Source: an uncultured virus (IMG/VR IMGVR_UViG_3300042270_000679) (taxonomy: Duplodnaviria; Heunggongvirae; Uroviricota; Caudoviricetes). From it: 64,000 nucleotides of DNA. Numbering within the stretch: position 1 is the stretch's first letter; each line of letters starts with the position of its first letter. The notes below the pieces were generated by a model. It was not told the DNA's origin, searched no databases, and worked only from the letters and a program-made list of their open reading frames with translations. This document shows, one piece after another, positions 31,310-40,655 of this stretch. The stretch lies in IMG/VR virus record IMGVR_UViG_3300042270_000679; one strand, given 5' to 3'. The position numbers and the translations under genes are program-made.

Positions 31310-31762
31310 TCAAAAGTGCTCATTGCTGTTCAGCTTTTGAATAACAATTGGATTTTCAGGTACGACAACGTGATTTAAGGCATTGCCATGCCATCTGCGA
31401 ATGGTACTCTTATCAGCATTTAGCTCATCACCGATTTGCTCCCAGGTAAAGTTATGAACGTAGCGGTAACGTAACACCATGCGTTCATCGATATCCGTTA
31501 CTTTATTTATCACATCTCTAATCTCTGCTTTAAGTGCTACAAGATGATCTACCTCATCATTAATCTTGATTTGTAGTTCTTCAATTCGCTCCAGGTATCT
31601 GACAAACAAAGCATCGGTATGCCGTTGTGTTTGTATTCTCTCGCCCCAGCTGGGGGAGGAAACACTGGTCGATAATTCCCTCAGCCTTTCCATTTCCTCA
31701 ATGTTTGATTGGATTCGTTTGTCTAGCCTGTAGGCTTGGTGTAAATATTCTTTTGCTTTCAT
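31310..31762 (-). CDS. DUF1492/ArpU-RinA-like late transcription activator
   Basis: AKEYL.Q, VLRYRY...WEQI..EL C-terminal HTH; last early gene. Confidence 0.8.
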   Translation of the reverse strand: MKAKEYLHQAYRLDKRIQSNIEEMERLRELSTSVSSPSWGERIQTQRHTDALFVRYLERIEELQIKINDEVDHLVALKAEIRDVINKVTDIDERMVLRYRYVHNFTWEQIGDELNADKSTIRRWHGNALNHVVVPENPIVIQKLNSNEHF

Positions 31763-31983
31763 TGTTCGCTCACCTCCGCTTGTAGCTTTTTGATTAGGAT
31801 TTCTCCATCAACAGAGGTAAGTTCTCTATACCAATCAGAGCGGAAGAACCTCTCCACCTCGTTTTTCAAATCTTGTGCCGGTCCATAACTAGGACGTTTC
31901 TTTAGTTTCTTTAATGCGTTTCTATAATCCTTAACAGCCATTAAGATAATGGCATTGGCTAAATTTTGATAAGGTTCTGTCAT
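31759..31983 (-). CDS. Hypothetical phage protein
   Basis: LANAII..AVKDYR, ERFFRSDW; coupled on both sides. Confidence 0.75.
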   Translation of the reverse strand: MTEPYQNLANAIILMAVKDYRNALKKLKKRPSYGPAQDLKNEVERFFRSDWYRELTSVDGEILIKKLQAEVSEQ

Positions 31984-33332
31984 CGCATCACCTCTAAATT
32001 CGCCTTCACCGCATCAATCAAGGCGTCTTGTGTTTTCTCCTTTTTAGTAAGAGCAAGCAGTACGTCTTCATCGATGGTGTTTTTGGTGATGATGTGGTGA
32101 ACAATAACTGTATCCTTTTGACCCTGCCTATAAAGTCTTGCATTGGTTTGTTGATAAAGTTCAAGTGACCAGGTCAGACCAAACCAGATCAGAGTCGAGC
32201 CGCCACTTTGAAGATTAAGACCATGACCTGCACTGGCTGGATGAATAACAGCAATGGGTATCTCGCTATTATTCCAATCCTCAATATCCTTTGATGACTG
32301 AATTTGTCTGACCGGAAATCGCTCTTTAATCCGTTCTAAATCATGCTTATACCAATAAGCAACAAGGACCGGTTTTCCATTAGCACCCTCAATTAAATCT
32401 TCCAAAGCATCTAGCTTTTTGTCATGAATTACATGAGCTTTATTCTCGCTATCGTATACTGCGCCATTTGCCATCTGTAGCAGTTTCCCAGAAAGGACGG
32501 CTGCATTAACCGCATCAATCTCCTCATCACCTAAGTTAGCCACCATGTCTTCCTTGAAATCTGAGTAAACCTTCCATTCCTTATCGCTTAAAGTGACAAA
32601 CACTTCATTGCTGATATATTCAGGCATCTTGAGATAATCAGTAGATTTCATAGAAATGGTGATGTCCGATATTTGTTTGTAGATTTCCTCTTCCGCACCG
32701 GGTAGTGGTTTATAAGAAAATATAATCTGAGCATTTCGCTTATCTGGCTTAAAATAGGTATTTCGATAATGACTAATGTAGCGTCCAAGCCTTTGACCCA
32801 AATCAAGAATTCGAAATTCTGCCCATAAATCCATCACTCCATTACTGGAGGGAGTTCCGGTAAGGCCGACTATTCTTTTTACAGAGGGTCTTACTTTTAG
32901 TAGACTCTTAAACCGCTTTGCACCATAAGACTTAAAGGATGATAGCTCATCAATGACCACCATATCAAAATGAAAAGGAATACCACTTTTATGAACCAGC
33001 CAATCCACGTTCTCACGGTTGATGATGTATAGCGTTGATTGTTTCTTGAGGGCATCGATTCTTTCTTTTTCCGTTCCCACTGCCACTGAATAAGAGAGTC
33101 CTTTTAGATGATCCCACTTATTGATTTCGGCAGGCCATGTATCCCTTGCTACTCTAAGTGGAGCAATGACTAGCACTTTACATACGAGAAAACTGTCTAA
33201 ACACAAATCAAATATGGCAGATAAGGTAATCACACTTTTACCTAAACCCATTTCAAGAAATACAGCCGATATGGGATGGGATAAAATGAATTCAGTGGCA
33301 TAGCTTTGGTATTCATGTGGCCTGTATTTCAC
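31980..33332 (-). CDS. SNF2-family helicase
   Basis: MGLGKS, VIDELS, LTGTP, GHGLNLQ, ARLYRQGQ. Confidence 0.93.
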   Translation of the reverse strand: MKYRPHEYQSYATEFILSHPISAVFLEMGLGKSVITLSAIFDLCLDSFLVCKVLVIAPLRVARDTWPAEINKWDHLKGLSYSVAVGTEKERIDALKKQSTLYIINRENVDWLVHKSGIPFHFDMVVIDELSSFKSYGAKRFKSLLKVRPSVKRIVGLTGTPSSNGVMDLWAEFRILDLGQRLGRYISHYRNTYFKPDKRNAQIIFSYKPLPGAEEEIYKQISDITISMKSTDYLKMPEYISNEVFVTLSDKEWKVYSDFKEDMVANLGDEEIDAVNAAVLSGKLLQMANGAVYDSENKAHVIHDKKLDALEDLIEGANGKPVLVAYWYKHDLERIKERFPVRQIQSSKDIEDWNNSEIPIAVIHPASAGHGLNLQSGGSTLIWFGLTWSLELYQQTNARLYRQGQKDTVIVHHIITKNTIDEDVLLALTKKEKTQDALIDAVKANLEVMR

Positions 33333-33594
33333 TAAGTATCCCTCCAATCTGTTCTATATCATCCAGGCAATAGACTAGAAAACCTAATGTCTCTAATTGC
33401 TTCTTTCTTATATTCTGTAAAGGACGCATCTTTTTACCTGTTGCCTTACATTCGACAAAGGCGATTCTTCCTATGGGAAGTAATACAATCCGATCAGGCA
33501 TGCCATCTATACCAGGACTCACAAATTTAGGCGCCATACCTCCCATGCTTTTTACTGCTGCTACCAGTTTTTGTTCTATATATTTTTCTTGCAT
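33313..33594 (-). CDS. VRR-NUC nuclease
   Basis: G.PDRIV, FVECK, RPLQ. Confidence 0.9.
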   Translation of the reverse strand: MQEKYIEQKLVAAVKSMGGMAPKFVSPGIDGMPDRIVLLPIGRIAFVECKATGKKMRPLQNIRKKQLETLGFLVYCLDDIEQIGGILSEIQAT

Positions 33595-33599
33595 AAATG

Positions 33600-33830
33600 A
33601 CCTCCAACAATTCATCAGGAACAACAAGCACAACTTTTAACGTTTTTTCCTATACGCGCGCATACATACGCTCACGATGCTTTACTACTACTATTTATTA
33701 ATTTATTACTAAGTAGTAAAACTCTTGTTCCACTCATTCCAGTAAAGCCAAAACATCAGCAATGACTGGTTTTTTAAGAGAACAAGCACAGGGAACAACT
33801 AAAGAACAAGGAACGACCTTACTCATTCTT
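33600..33830. repeat. Putative replication origin: GAACAA/TTGTTC short repeats around an AT-rich core
   Basis: GAACAA at about 33619, 33780, 33793, 33804; TTGTTCC at about 33725; AT-rich 33690-33720; directly after vapE. Confidence 0.5.
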
Positions 33831-36176
33831 CTCGTAACAACGTTGTCTACCGTAAATGGGAAAATTACTTGTTCCATTCTTGTTCCCTTGGTACTTGTTC
33901 CACCCATTAATCTTTTTCATAATGCCTGCAATGGCATAGGAGTCCGCAGGCTTCATGGCGGAGGCATCCCTTCCAAAGCATTCACACCAAATTTCCATAT
34001 TACAAACAAGCGTACGTTCTACCGTGCCAACACGGGATTCCCCACCAAATTCACTACCGTTTAGGTAGTTTCTTCGCTCATATAAGGACAGGGCATTCCA
34101 ATCATCGGGTAAAAGCGTATCGAGGTAGGTGCGAACAAGGCCTTCTCGCTCATCACTCTCCATGGCATCTGCCTGCTCATTCGTTGCTAACTCTACATCA
34201 CTGCCCTCTAAATAGAGCTTTTCACCTTTGGCATAAAGCACCAAGGTTTCTGCCCAAATCTGCTCTACATCGTATACGGACATCTGCCATGCTTTTCTTT
34301 TACCATCACCACTAATACGCACTGGCCAGAATCTTCGGTTACCCGTGATATCTCGCAAAAATCCACTCTCTGCATTGGTAGAACCGACAATGATACATTG
34401 ACGTGGGTGGCTTTCAACATTCACACCATAACTGGCACGATATTTATCATCCGATCTTGATATAAAGGACTTCACAACCTCCACATCAGTTTTTCGCATG
34501 CCAGCTAGTTCACCCAGCTCTAATATCCAATACCCTTGAAGTTTCTCAGGGCCTGCTTTATCTTTCATTTCCGTGAGGGTTAAACTATCGGAAAACCAAT
34601 CGCCTGCAAGCTTTGCAAAGAAGGTGGACTTACCGATGCCTTGTGGTCCATTTAGAATTAAAACGCTGTCGAACTTCGTACCAGGATGATAAATTCTAGC
34701 GACTGCTGCCACCATCATTTTTCTGGTAACGGCTCTGGTATAGGAATTATCTGTTGCATTGAAGTAATCAATCAGTAAGGTCTCAACACGAAGGTTTCCG
34801 TCCCACTCTGGTAGATGATCCAGGTATTCCTTGATGGGATGATAGGATCGCTCTGCTGCAACTGCTAATATTGCGTCCTTTGTTTTGGTTGGAGAGTAGA
34901 TGCCATATTTATTAGACAGATAAACTTTAAGGGCTGCATTATCTGAATCATTCCAGCCGCCCTTCATCTGTTCCCAAGGCAGTCCGTCTCTAGCATCGAT
35001 TCCATCACGGTGCTTATTAAAGGCAATGGATTCTAGTTCTGAATCGTTGCGGATGATAAGAACGATATTATCCAAGGTGTCCTTAATCTTTCCTTGCTTA
35101 TCCAGTTCAAGTGCTGTCTGCCAATTATCCTCCGTAAAATCAATCGTTGCCTGCTCCATCCGCTCTTTTGTAAACTGTGCTTTCACTTCATCATCTTGGA
35201 TGGCAAATTCACACATGTTGATAAAAGACGGTAGTTTGCTTGGAGGTGTGCTTTCTGTCGCTCGATCATCTAAATGACCAAAACGATGGATGCGAACAAG
35301 GTCAAAAGCATTAAGAAGTCTCCCACTTGCAGGGTCTGTTGCGTGGTGGGAATAAGCAAATTTATCATCATAGAGTATGACACCAGCACTGGAATCTGCA
35401 GGGATATAATCATAGCGACCAATCATTGCTGAAGGTTCGTATATATCCTTTAAGAACGTATCGATTGCAGTGCTAACTGAGTAGGTGCGACAAAAAGTAC
35501 CGATGACACCTTCTTTAGAAAGTGGATCGGCTTGTTCTTTTAATGAGCGGTCAAGGATTTCTGACTGCCTAGAGGATACGGGCCAAGTACTGGTATCTCG
35601 CCAATCATCGTATTTGTTTAGAAACACATCGGGATCTAAGAGAGAGCCATCTTTTTCCTCATACACAAAAATACCGTTTCTTGAAGTAGACGGCCAATAC
35701 ATTAATCGTTCCGGTTCATAGGTGGTATCATCAAAAAGGTCGATGCCGATTTCTTTTGCGACCATGCGACTAACAGCTGCATACTCTTCCTCACCCACAT
35801 CACGAAAGAGAGGAATGATCAGCCTTAGCCTTGGATTTTCAGGAGTATGCTTATGAGTAGAATAGATACAACACTGATAAGGGAAGAAGGTAGAAATTTC
35901 TTCCCAGATAGTACTTGTGCCATAATCCATATCAAGGGTTAGCATGGAGCGTGATAGAACATTCCCTTTTTTACGTCTACCATCTTTTAAGTGACCGCCA
36001 ACAAAACCTCCGACATCTTTAATGGAATCTTGACCACCTTTTCTCATTTTTCGATATTCTTCTACGGTTTCAGTGGTACGCTGTGTGTTCTTAACCCGGG
36101 AGCAAAAGTCCTCCCAGCTGATGTCTGTGTTTTTCCATTTCTTATCCATTCGGCTGTTACCGTATGCAATTTTCAT
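33819..36176 (-). CDS. Primase-helicase, virulence-associated E (VapE) family
   Basis: LDMD/STHKH primase-like N-terminus; GPQGIGKST Walker A; GSTN, GNRRFWP. Confidence 0.92.
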   Translation of the reverse strand: MKIAYGNSRMDKKWKNTDISWEDFCSRVKNTQRTTETVEEYRKMRKGGQDSIKDVGGFVGGHLKDGRRKKGNVLSRSMLTLDMDYGTSTIWEEISTFFPYQCCIYSTHKHTPENPRLRLIIPLFRDVGEEEYAAVSRMVAKEIGIDLFDDTTYEPERLMYWPSTSRNGIFVYEEKDGSLLDPDVFLNKYDDWRDTSTWPVSSRQSEILDRSLKEQADPLSKEGVIGTFCRTYSVSTAIDTFLKDIYEPSAMIGRYDYIPADSSAGVILYDDKFAYSHHATDPASGRLLNAFDLVRIHRFGHLDDRATESTPPSKLPSFINMCEFAIQDDEVKAQFTKERMEQATIDFTEDNWQTALELDKQGKIKDTLDNIVLIIRNDSELESIAFNKHRDGIDARDGLPWEQMKGGWNDSDNAALKVYLSNKYGIYSPTKTKDAILAVAAERSYHPIKEYLDHLPEWDGNLRVETLLIDYFNATDNSYTRAVTRKMMVAAVARIYHPGTKFDSVLILNGPQGIGKSTFFAKLAGDWFSDSLTLTEMKDKAGPEKLQGYWILELGELAGMRKTDVEVVKSFISRSDDKYRASYGVNVESHPRQCIIVGSTNAESGFLRDITGNRRFWPVRISGDGKRKAWQMSVYDVEQIWAETLVLYAKGEKLYLEGSDVELATNEQADAMESDEREGLVRTYLDTLLPDDWNALSLYERRNYLNGSEFGGESRVGTVERTLVCNMEIWCECFGRDASAMKPADSYAIAGIMKKINGWNKYQGNKNGTSNFPIYGRQRCYEKNE

Positions 36177-36607
36177 AAAGACTCTACCTCCTTAAAATCT
36201 TTATTAAAGTATCTGACCGGCTGTCTACGTTTCTTTGCTTTTTCAATTTCAATACTCATGCCTCTTGAGATCACATCACCTAGAACCCAGACCTCTTGGC
36301 ATTTGCCCATCAGGATAATATCCATAAAAATAGCGAGCTCATGTTCTTTCTCATTGCTGTTATCCATAAACTGTGGAAATAGAAGGTGAGGAGCAAGCGG
36401 AATATTGCCCTTATCTAAAGCAAAACGGCAAAATACTCGTGTGCGCTTATTGTTGTTATCAATATCGCCACTAAATGGAGAGCAAATATAGACAAGGGGC
36501 TTAAAGGCAGCTTTTGCTGCTGCCTTTTCCTCACGGGTGATATTGCTAAGTGCTTTATGGGGAGTTGGGTCATAATACCCTTCTGCATTTTTCATATTGA
36601 TTCCCAT
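36173..36607 (-). CDS. DUF4406/nucleoside deoxyribosyltransferase-like protein
   Basis: VYICSPF, APHL, SRGM..EI. Confidence 0.75.
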   Translation of the reverse strand: MGINMKNAEGYYDPTPHKALSNITREEKAAAKAAFKPLVYICSPFSGDIDNNNKRTRVFCRFALDKGNIPLAPHLLFPQFMDNSNEKEHELAIFMDIILMGKCQEVWVLGDVISRGMSIEIEKAKKRRQPVRYFNKDFKEVESL

Positions 36608-36608
36608 A

Positions 36609-37388
36609 TCACACCTCCATCTCAATCTGCGGATAAATACCATCCGCCTTTAGCTGTTCATAGATAAAGAGTCTGCCTTTTTGTGTCCACTTGGTATGCA
36701 CTTTCGTATGCTTTATACCTTTGCTATCTTCATAAATGTGAGTATTGGTTTTGGTATATCCGTTTGGAGCATACTTTTGATAAAGAAGCCAAATGTCACC
36801 TTGCTTAAACTGAATCCCTTTTTCATGAAGGTGTTCGTTCATACGCATAGCACTCCAGCCATAATCTTTGGCAATAACAGAAATATTGACTGCATCCCTG
36901 CATTTAAGAACCACATCATAATAAGTAGCTTTTGGTTTCATCTCAGCAATCTGCTGCTGACCAATCGCAACGGCTGCCATCAGTTCCTTGTTCTTTTCTC
37001 GTTCCTCTTTCAGTGCAGTAAAAGCTGCAATGGCAAGGTCTGGATTTGCGATTAAATCATCTGTAGCATAGAGTCCATGTTTGCGAATAGCAGGAAGGAC
37101 TTCACTGGTGACCCAGCGTTTGAACTTTTTAGCATTTGGCATTTTGCTTGAGAGGATGAGGCTGTACAGACCGGATTCGTTGATGATAATAAAATCCTGT
37201 TTCCCACCAAGGGTGTCACATTTCGTTACCCCCTTGTCCTCTTCATCAATGTGATCAATTAATGCTTTTCGAGTATTTGCATAACCAAGAATGCTTGCTA
37301 CATCCTTGCCAACAAAATATGGTTGACCGCCAATCGTTGTAGTACGTACAGAGCCAAACTCTGCATTTTTGTATACTTGTAATTCCAT
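36609..37388 (-). CDS. Antirepressor, Bro-N plus KilA-C (ANT)
   Basis: INESGLYSLIL.S..P.AKKFKRWVT.EVLP; WTQKGR. Confidence 0.92.
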   Translation of the reverse strand: MELQVYKNAEFGSVRTTTIGGQPYFVGKDVASILGYANTRKALIDHIDEEDKGVTKCDTLGGKQDFIIINESGLYSLILSSKMPNAKKFKRWVTSEVLPAIRKHGLYATDDLIANPDLAIAAFTALKEEREKNKELMAAVAIGQQQIAEMKPKATYYDVVLKCRDAVNISVIAKDYGWSAMRMNEHLHEKGIQFKQGDIWLLYQKYAPNGYTKTNTHIYEDSKGIKHTKVHTKWTQKGRLFIYEQLKADGIYPQIEMEV

Positions 37389-37423
37389 TCGAATTACCTC
37401 CTTGTGTTTTTTGGAGGTCTTGA

Positions 37424-37468
37424 CCTCCTACCTAGTAGCCTTGGGAGAAGGTCAAATCTGACGGTTTT
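37424..37468 (-). promoter_or_regulatory. Bipartite motif copy A, overlapping the 3' end of the sigma-like gene
   Basis: AAACCGTCAGATTT-N13-GGCTACTAGGTAG. Confidence 0.7.
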
Positions 37469-37970
37469 CATATTCTTCTTGTAATTTCTTTGTTGCCCGC
37501 TTTAATTTCTGAGTAATGTTGTTTTCATCAGCACCTATGAAACTGGCATATTCTCGAATCGACATACCGTCAATGCGTACTGCAATGAACATATCTGCCC
37601 AGTCCTGCTTTTTGCCAAGAGCGGTACGTATCCATTTGCAGACACCTTCATAATCATCCTGATAAGCACGCTCAATTTCGTCTTTTCTAAAAATCCTGTC
37701 GTCCGCAACTTCTTTCATAAGTGGTTCCGAGGTATCGTATTCATCACCATCGTCATTGAAGCGCTCCTTAGGAGTTGTTAAGTGTCTGGTTTCTCTGTGC
37801 CAGATGTTGTACTCCGGCTTGTTGAACTTTTCATCGAATGTTTTTTGGATTAATTTTTCCTTTTCATGATTTTCACCTTCAAGTGAAAGACTGACCCACA
37901 TCTCCTGAGTTTCTTCCTCATTGAGTTCGATGCTTTGAAACTGGTTCTCATATCTGATTGATAATCTCAT
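37452..37970 (-). CDS. Sigma-70 region 4-like transcription factor
   Basis: C-terminal HTH GMSIREYA..IG..ENNITQKLKRA.KKL. Confidence 0.75.
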   Translation of the reverse strand: MRLSIRYENQFQSIELNEEETQEMWVSLSLEGENHEKEKLIQKTFDEKFNKPEYNIWHRETRHLTTPKERFNDDGDEYDTSEPLMKEVADDRIFRKDEIERAYQDDYEGVCKWIRTALGKKQDWADMFIAVRIDGMSIREYASFIGADENNITQKLKRATKKLQEEYENRQI

Positions 37971-37993
37971 TAGATTCTCCTAATCCCGTCCTG

Positions 37994-38146
37994 GAAGACA
38001 GCGGAGAACTAATGAATCTTTGGAAAACAATGACCAACAGAGTTACCTCCTAAAAATATGTATAGGAAATAAAACGGAGGAGCATAAATTTCACCCAACA
38101 GCCTGTCATTGGCTATCTTCGAATCATTTATGTATCCGCCGTCTTC
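37994..38146 (-). ncRNA. Candidate structured 5' leader RNA of the sigma-like gene
   Basis: 12-bp outer helix GAAGACGGCGGA/UCCGCUGUCUUC and nested CAAUGAC/GUCAUUG helix. Confidence 0.45.
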
Positions 38147-38228
38147 TGCTGGCCAGCTTTAGACGCATTTATAAATGTAAGGCTTGTCCCTTACATTTAT
38201 AAATATAATAGGTTTCAAAATTTCACGA

Positions 38229-38245
38229 CCAACTCGTTGAGTTGG
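38229..38245. promoter_or_regulatory. Palindromic operator CCAACTC-N3-GAGTTGG
   Basis: Perfect 7+3+7 palindrome; second copy CCAACTCatcGAGTTA at 38317-38332. Confidence 0.6.
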
Positions 38246-38287
38246 GCCAAATTTGTCTATTTATCAGTCTTTTCTAAATTTGGGTAT

Positions 38288-38312
38288 AAAAAAAGAACCC
38301 CTTTCGGGGTCC
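38288..38312 (-). terminator. Intrinsic terminator of the R-M/IrrE operon
   Basis: GGACCCC-GAAA-GGGGTTC followed by T-run. Confidence 0.85.
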
Positions 38313-38341
38313 TAAACCAACTCATCGAGTTATCAACTTAT

Positions 38342-39928
38342 TTATTCTTTTATTTCACTACCTAGTTCCTGAATACCACATTGCTCTAGAATACCATTGA
38401 AATCATCAAGCGAAAGCCCTGGCATAGTATCCATAATACGAATATAAGTCTTATCGGGATCTTTATAATAATCTAGTTTATTATTTGATTTATCAAACAG
38501 CTTTTGCGTAATCCTCGTGCATAACTGCATACCAACACAGATGGCCATCAACACGTTCGTTGTCATATTGTTGGCTTTATCATTTTTTATTCTACCATGA
38601 TAATTTTTGTGGATTCCTGTCTCTTCATTAAACTTATCAGGATAATTCCACTTTCTATTTTCCATCAAAAACCACAGACAATTACATAGTGTTTTGGTAG
38701 GGTCACCAAGCAACTTAATGAGTTCAATTTCTTCCTCCTCATTATAAGAAGCTAGCTGCTGAGAAAATGCTTGATATGTTTCTTCAGGTTCATTCAGTAA
38801 AGGGGATTGGTACTTAGGATGAAACGTAAGAAGTCTACTATCAATGCCTTCAACCTTCTTAAGGACCGTATACCCAAGCAAGTCTTTGTAAGTATTAGTG
38901 TATGTTACAAAATTCTGTTCACGAATATTGATAACACATTTAGAGAGATTTTTCTTTGCCTTTGGCGTTAAAAAGAGTTTTCCATCTTTTTGTGTAACAT
39001 ATTGGCTGTTGGCAAGTACAAAGTATCCGTCAGCGTATACAAAATGTCTCTCTGTTATCCAGTTCTGTAGAGTTGAATCTGAATCAATTATTTTCAATGC
39101 TTCAACTGGAGTTAATCTAACAAAATCTTGATTACTATTGATTTCTTCATATACATCATTGTAATCAGAGAATTCTGATATGATATCCTCTAAACCAACT
39201 TCAATCAATCTATATTTTACTGATAGCCTTGACGTTATAAAGAAGCTGCTTAAATCCTCAATCAAGGTGTCACAAGAGTATATTGTATTTTCACCAGATG
39301 CTTTATACTGCTCAATAAACTCTAACGCTTTCCTTTTGAAGCAATTTTTGGGCATCAGGACTCTAGGAGCTAATCTATGTGCTTGCCATTCCAACCATCG
39401 AACTTCATTTTCTTTTGTGTTCTTACCCTCTGGTGGTGTAAAGAAAGTCTCGGATTGTCGGCATAAAATTGGATATAATTTTTCAGATTCATTTTTATTT
39501 TTAACCTTAAGAATTTGAAAATATGTTTTATCTTTTTCCCAGTGTAGTGCTTCATGAATGAGCGTATTTCTTTTCGAGCCTTCACCATATAAAGACTCGG
39601 ACAAAGGGTCAATTAATACTGTTCCAGCACTGAAGGAAGTTGATAAATATTTACCTGTTTCCCTGTCATATATATCAACATCTGCATCCAAAAGTAAACA
39701 ACATCCAAAAACATCTAGGTCGCTTGATAAATAAACTTCTTGAACAGTAAGCCCCATATCCTTAAGAATGTCATCAACCGGAAGAGGCATCGGTTCAACC
39801 AATGCCTGTTTACAGTATTTAGTCAGAAATTTTGTAGCATAGTCATCAAGACGATTCTTTCCAAGAATTAGAGCACCTGATTTTTTATTGATATCGAATA
39901 CATCACTTGGAGTTATCTTCCTCTTCAT
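38342..39928 (-). CDS. ImmA/IrrE-family metallopeptidase with a probable C-terminal XRE-like HTH
   Basis: TLIHEALHW, EWQA...A..VLMP; C-terminal FNEETGIHKNYHGRIKN...LMAICVGMQL. Confidence 0.8.
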   Translation of the reverse strand: MKRKITPSDVFDINKKSGALILGKNRLDDYATKFLTKYCKQALVEPMPLPVDDILKDMGLTVQEVYLSSDLDVFGCCLLLDADVDIYDRETGKYLSTSFSAGTVLIDPLSESLYGEGSKRNTLIHEALHWEKDKTYFQILKVKNKNESEKLYPILCRQSETFFTPPEGKNTKENEVRWLEWQAHRLAPRVLMPKNCFKRKALEFIEQYKASGENTIYSCDTLIEDLSSFFITSRLSVKYRLIEVGLEDIISEFSDYNDVYEEINSNQDFVRLTPVEALKIIDSDSTLQNWITERHFVYADGYFVLANSQYVTQKDGKLFLTPKAKKNLSKCVINIREQNFVTYTNTYKDLLGYTVLKKVEGIDSRLLTFHPKYQSPLLNEPEETYQAFSQQLASYNEEEEIELIKLLGDPTKTLCNCLWFLMENRKWNYPDKFNEETGIHKNYHGRIKNDKANNMTTNVLMAICVGMQLCTRITQKLFDKSNNKLDYYKDPDKTYIRIMDTMPGLSLDDFNGILEQCGIQELGSEIKE

Positions 39929-40655
39929 AATCTACCTGTTCTCCTTTTTCAATATGATCCAAAGGCAACTCTGACAATAACTTTCTTGCCTCTTTCCAGG
40001 TAGGGTAGAACTCCTCCACAAGTGAATTGAATCTATGGGTGTGATTCTTTTCTAACAAGTGTACCAGTTCATGGATAACAACATATTCAAGACATTCTAT
40101 TGGTTTCTTGGCTAGCTGTAGATTAATCCATATTCTTTTTTTATCAATATTGCATGTACCCCACTTAGTTTTCATATTCTTAATTTTGTACTCATTAGCA
40201 TGGAGGTTTGTTTTTGTTTCACACCTTGAAACAACCCCATCCAACACTCGTTTAAGTTCTTCTCTGTACCATTCATTGAATGCCCTCTCCCTTGATTCTT
40301 TAGTTGATCTTTCGGGAGCAGTCAATATTATCTTGTTTGGTAGTTTTGAAATTTCGTATTTGTTTCCTTCATAGACAACTTGTAGCCGATATGGCTTTCC
40401 CCACAGGAAATGGGATTCTCCTGAAACATATTCTCTCTCAGTTTGACGCGCCTGTGACAGCATCCTGTCTCTTACCTTAGTGATTTCTGGCATTTTCTTT
40501 AATACAAAAAGCCTTATCTCTTCATCAGGATAATCACTAGGAGTACTAACTGTTATACTACCTTCTGGTGGATTTACCCTGATATATAGATTTTTAAGGT
40601 TTTTCTTTTTAATAATTTCAACTGGCATACCACCAATTACTTCTTCACTACACAT
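39903..40655 (-). CDS. M48/YgjP-like (DUF45) metallohydrolase
   Basis: MKTKWGTC, YVVIHELVH..EKNH...F; typical neighbour of hsdR. Confidence 0.9.
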   Translation of the reverse strand: MCSEEVIGGMPVEIIKKKNLKNLYIRVNPPEGSITVSTPSDYPDEEIRLFVLKKMPEITKVRDRMLSQARQTEREYVSGESHFLWGKPYRLQVVYEGNKYEISKLPNKIILTAPERSTKESRERAFNEWYREELKRVLDGVVSRCETKTNLHANEYKIKNMKTKWGTCNIDKKRIWINLQLAKKPIECLEYVVIHELVHLLEKNHTHRFNSLVEEFYPTWKEARKLLSELPLDHIEKGEQVDYEEEDNSK

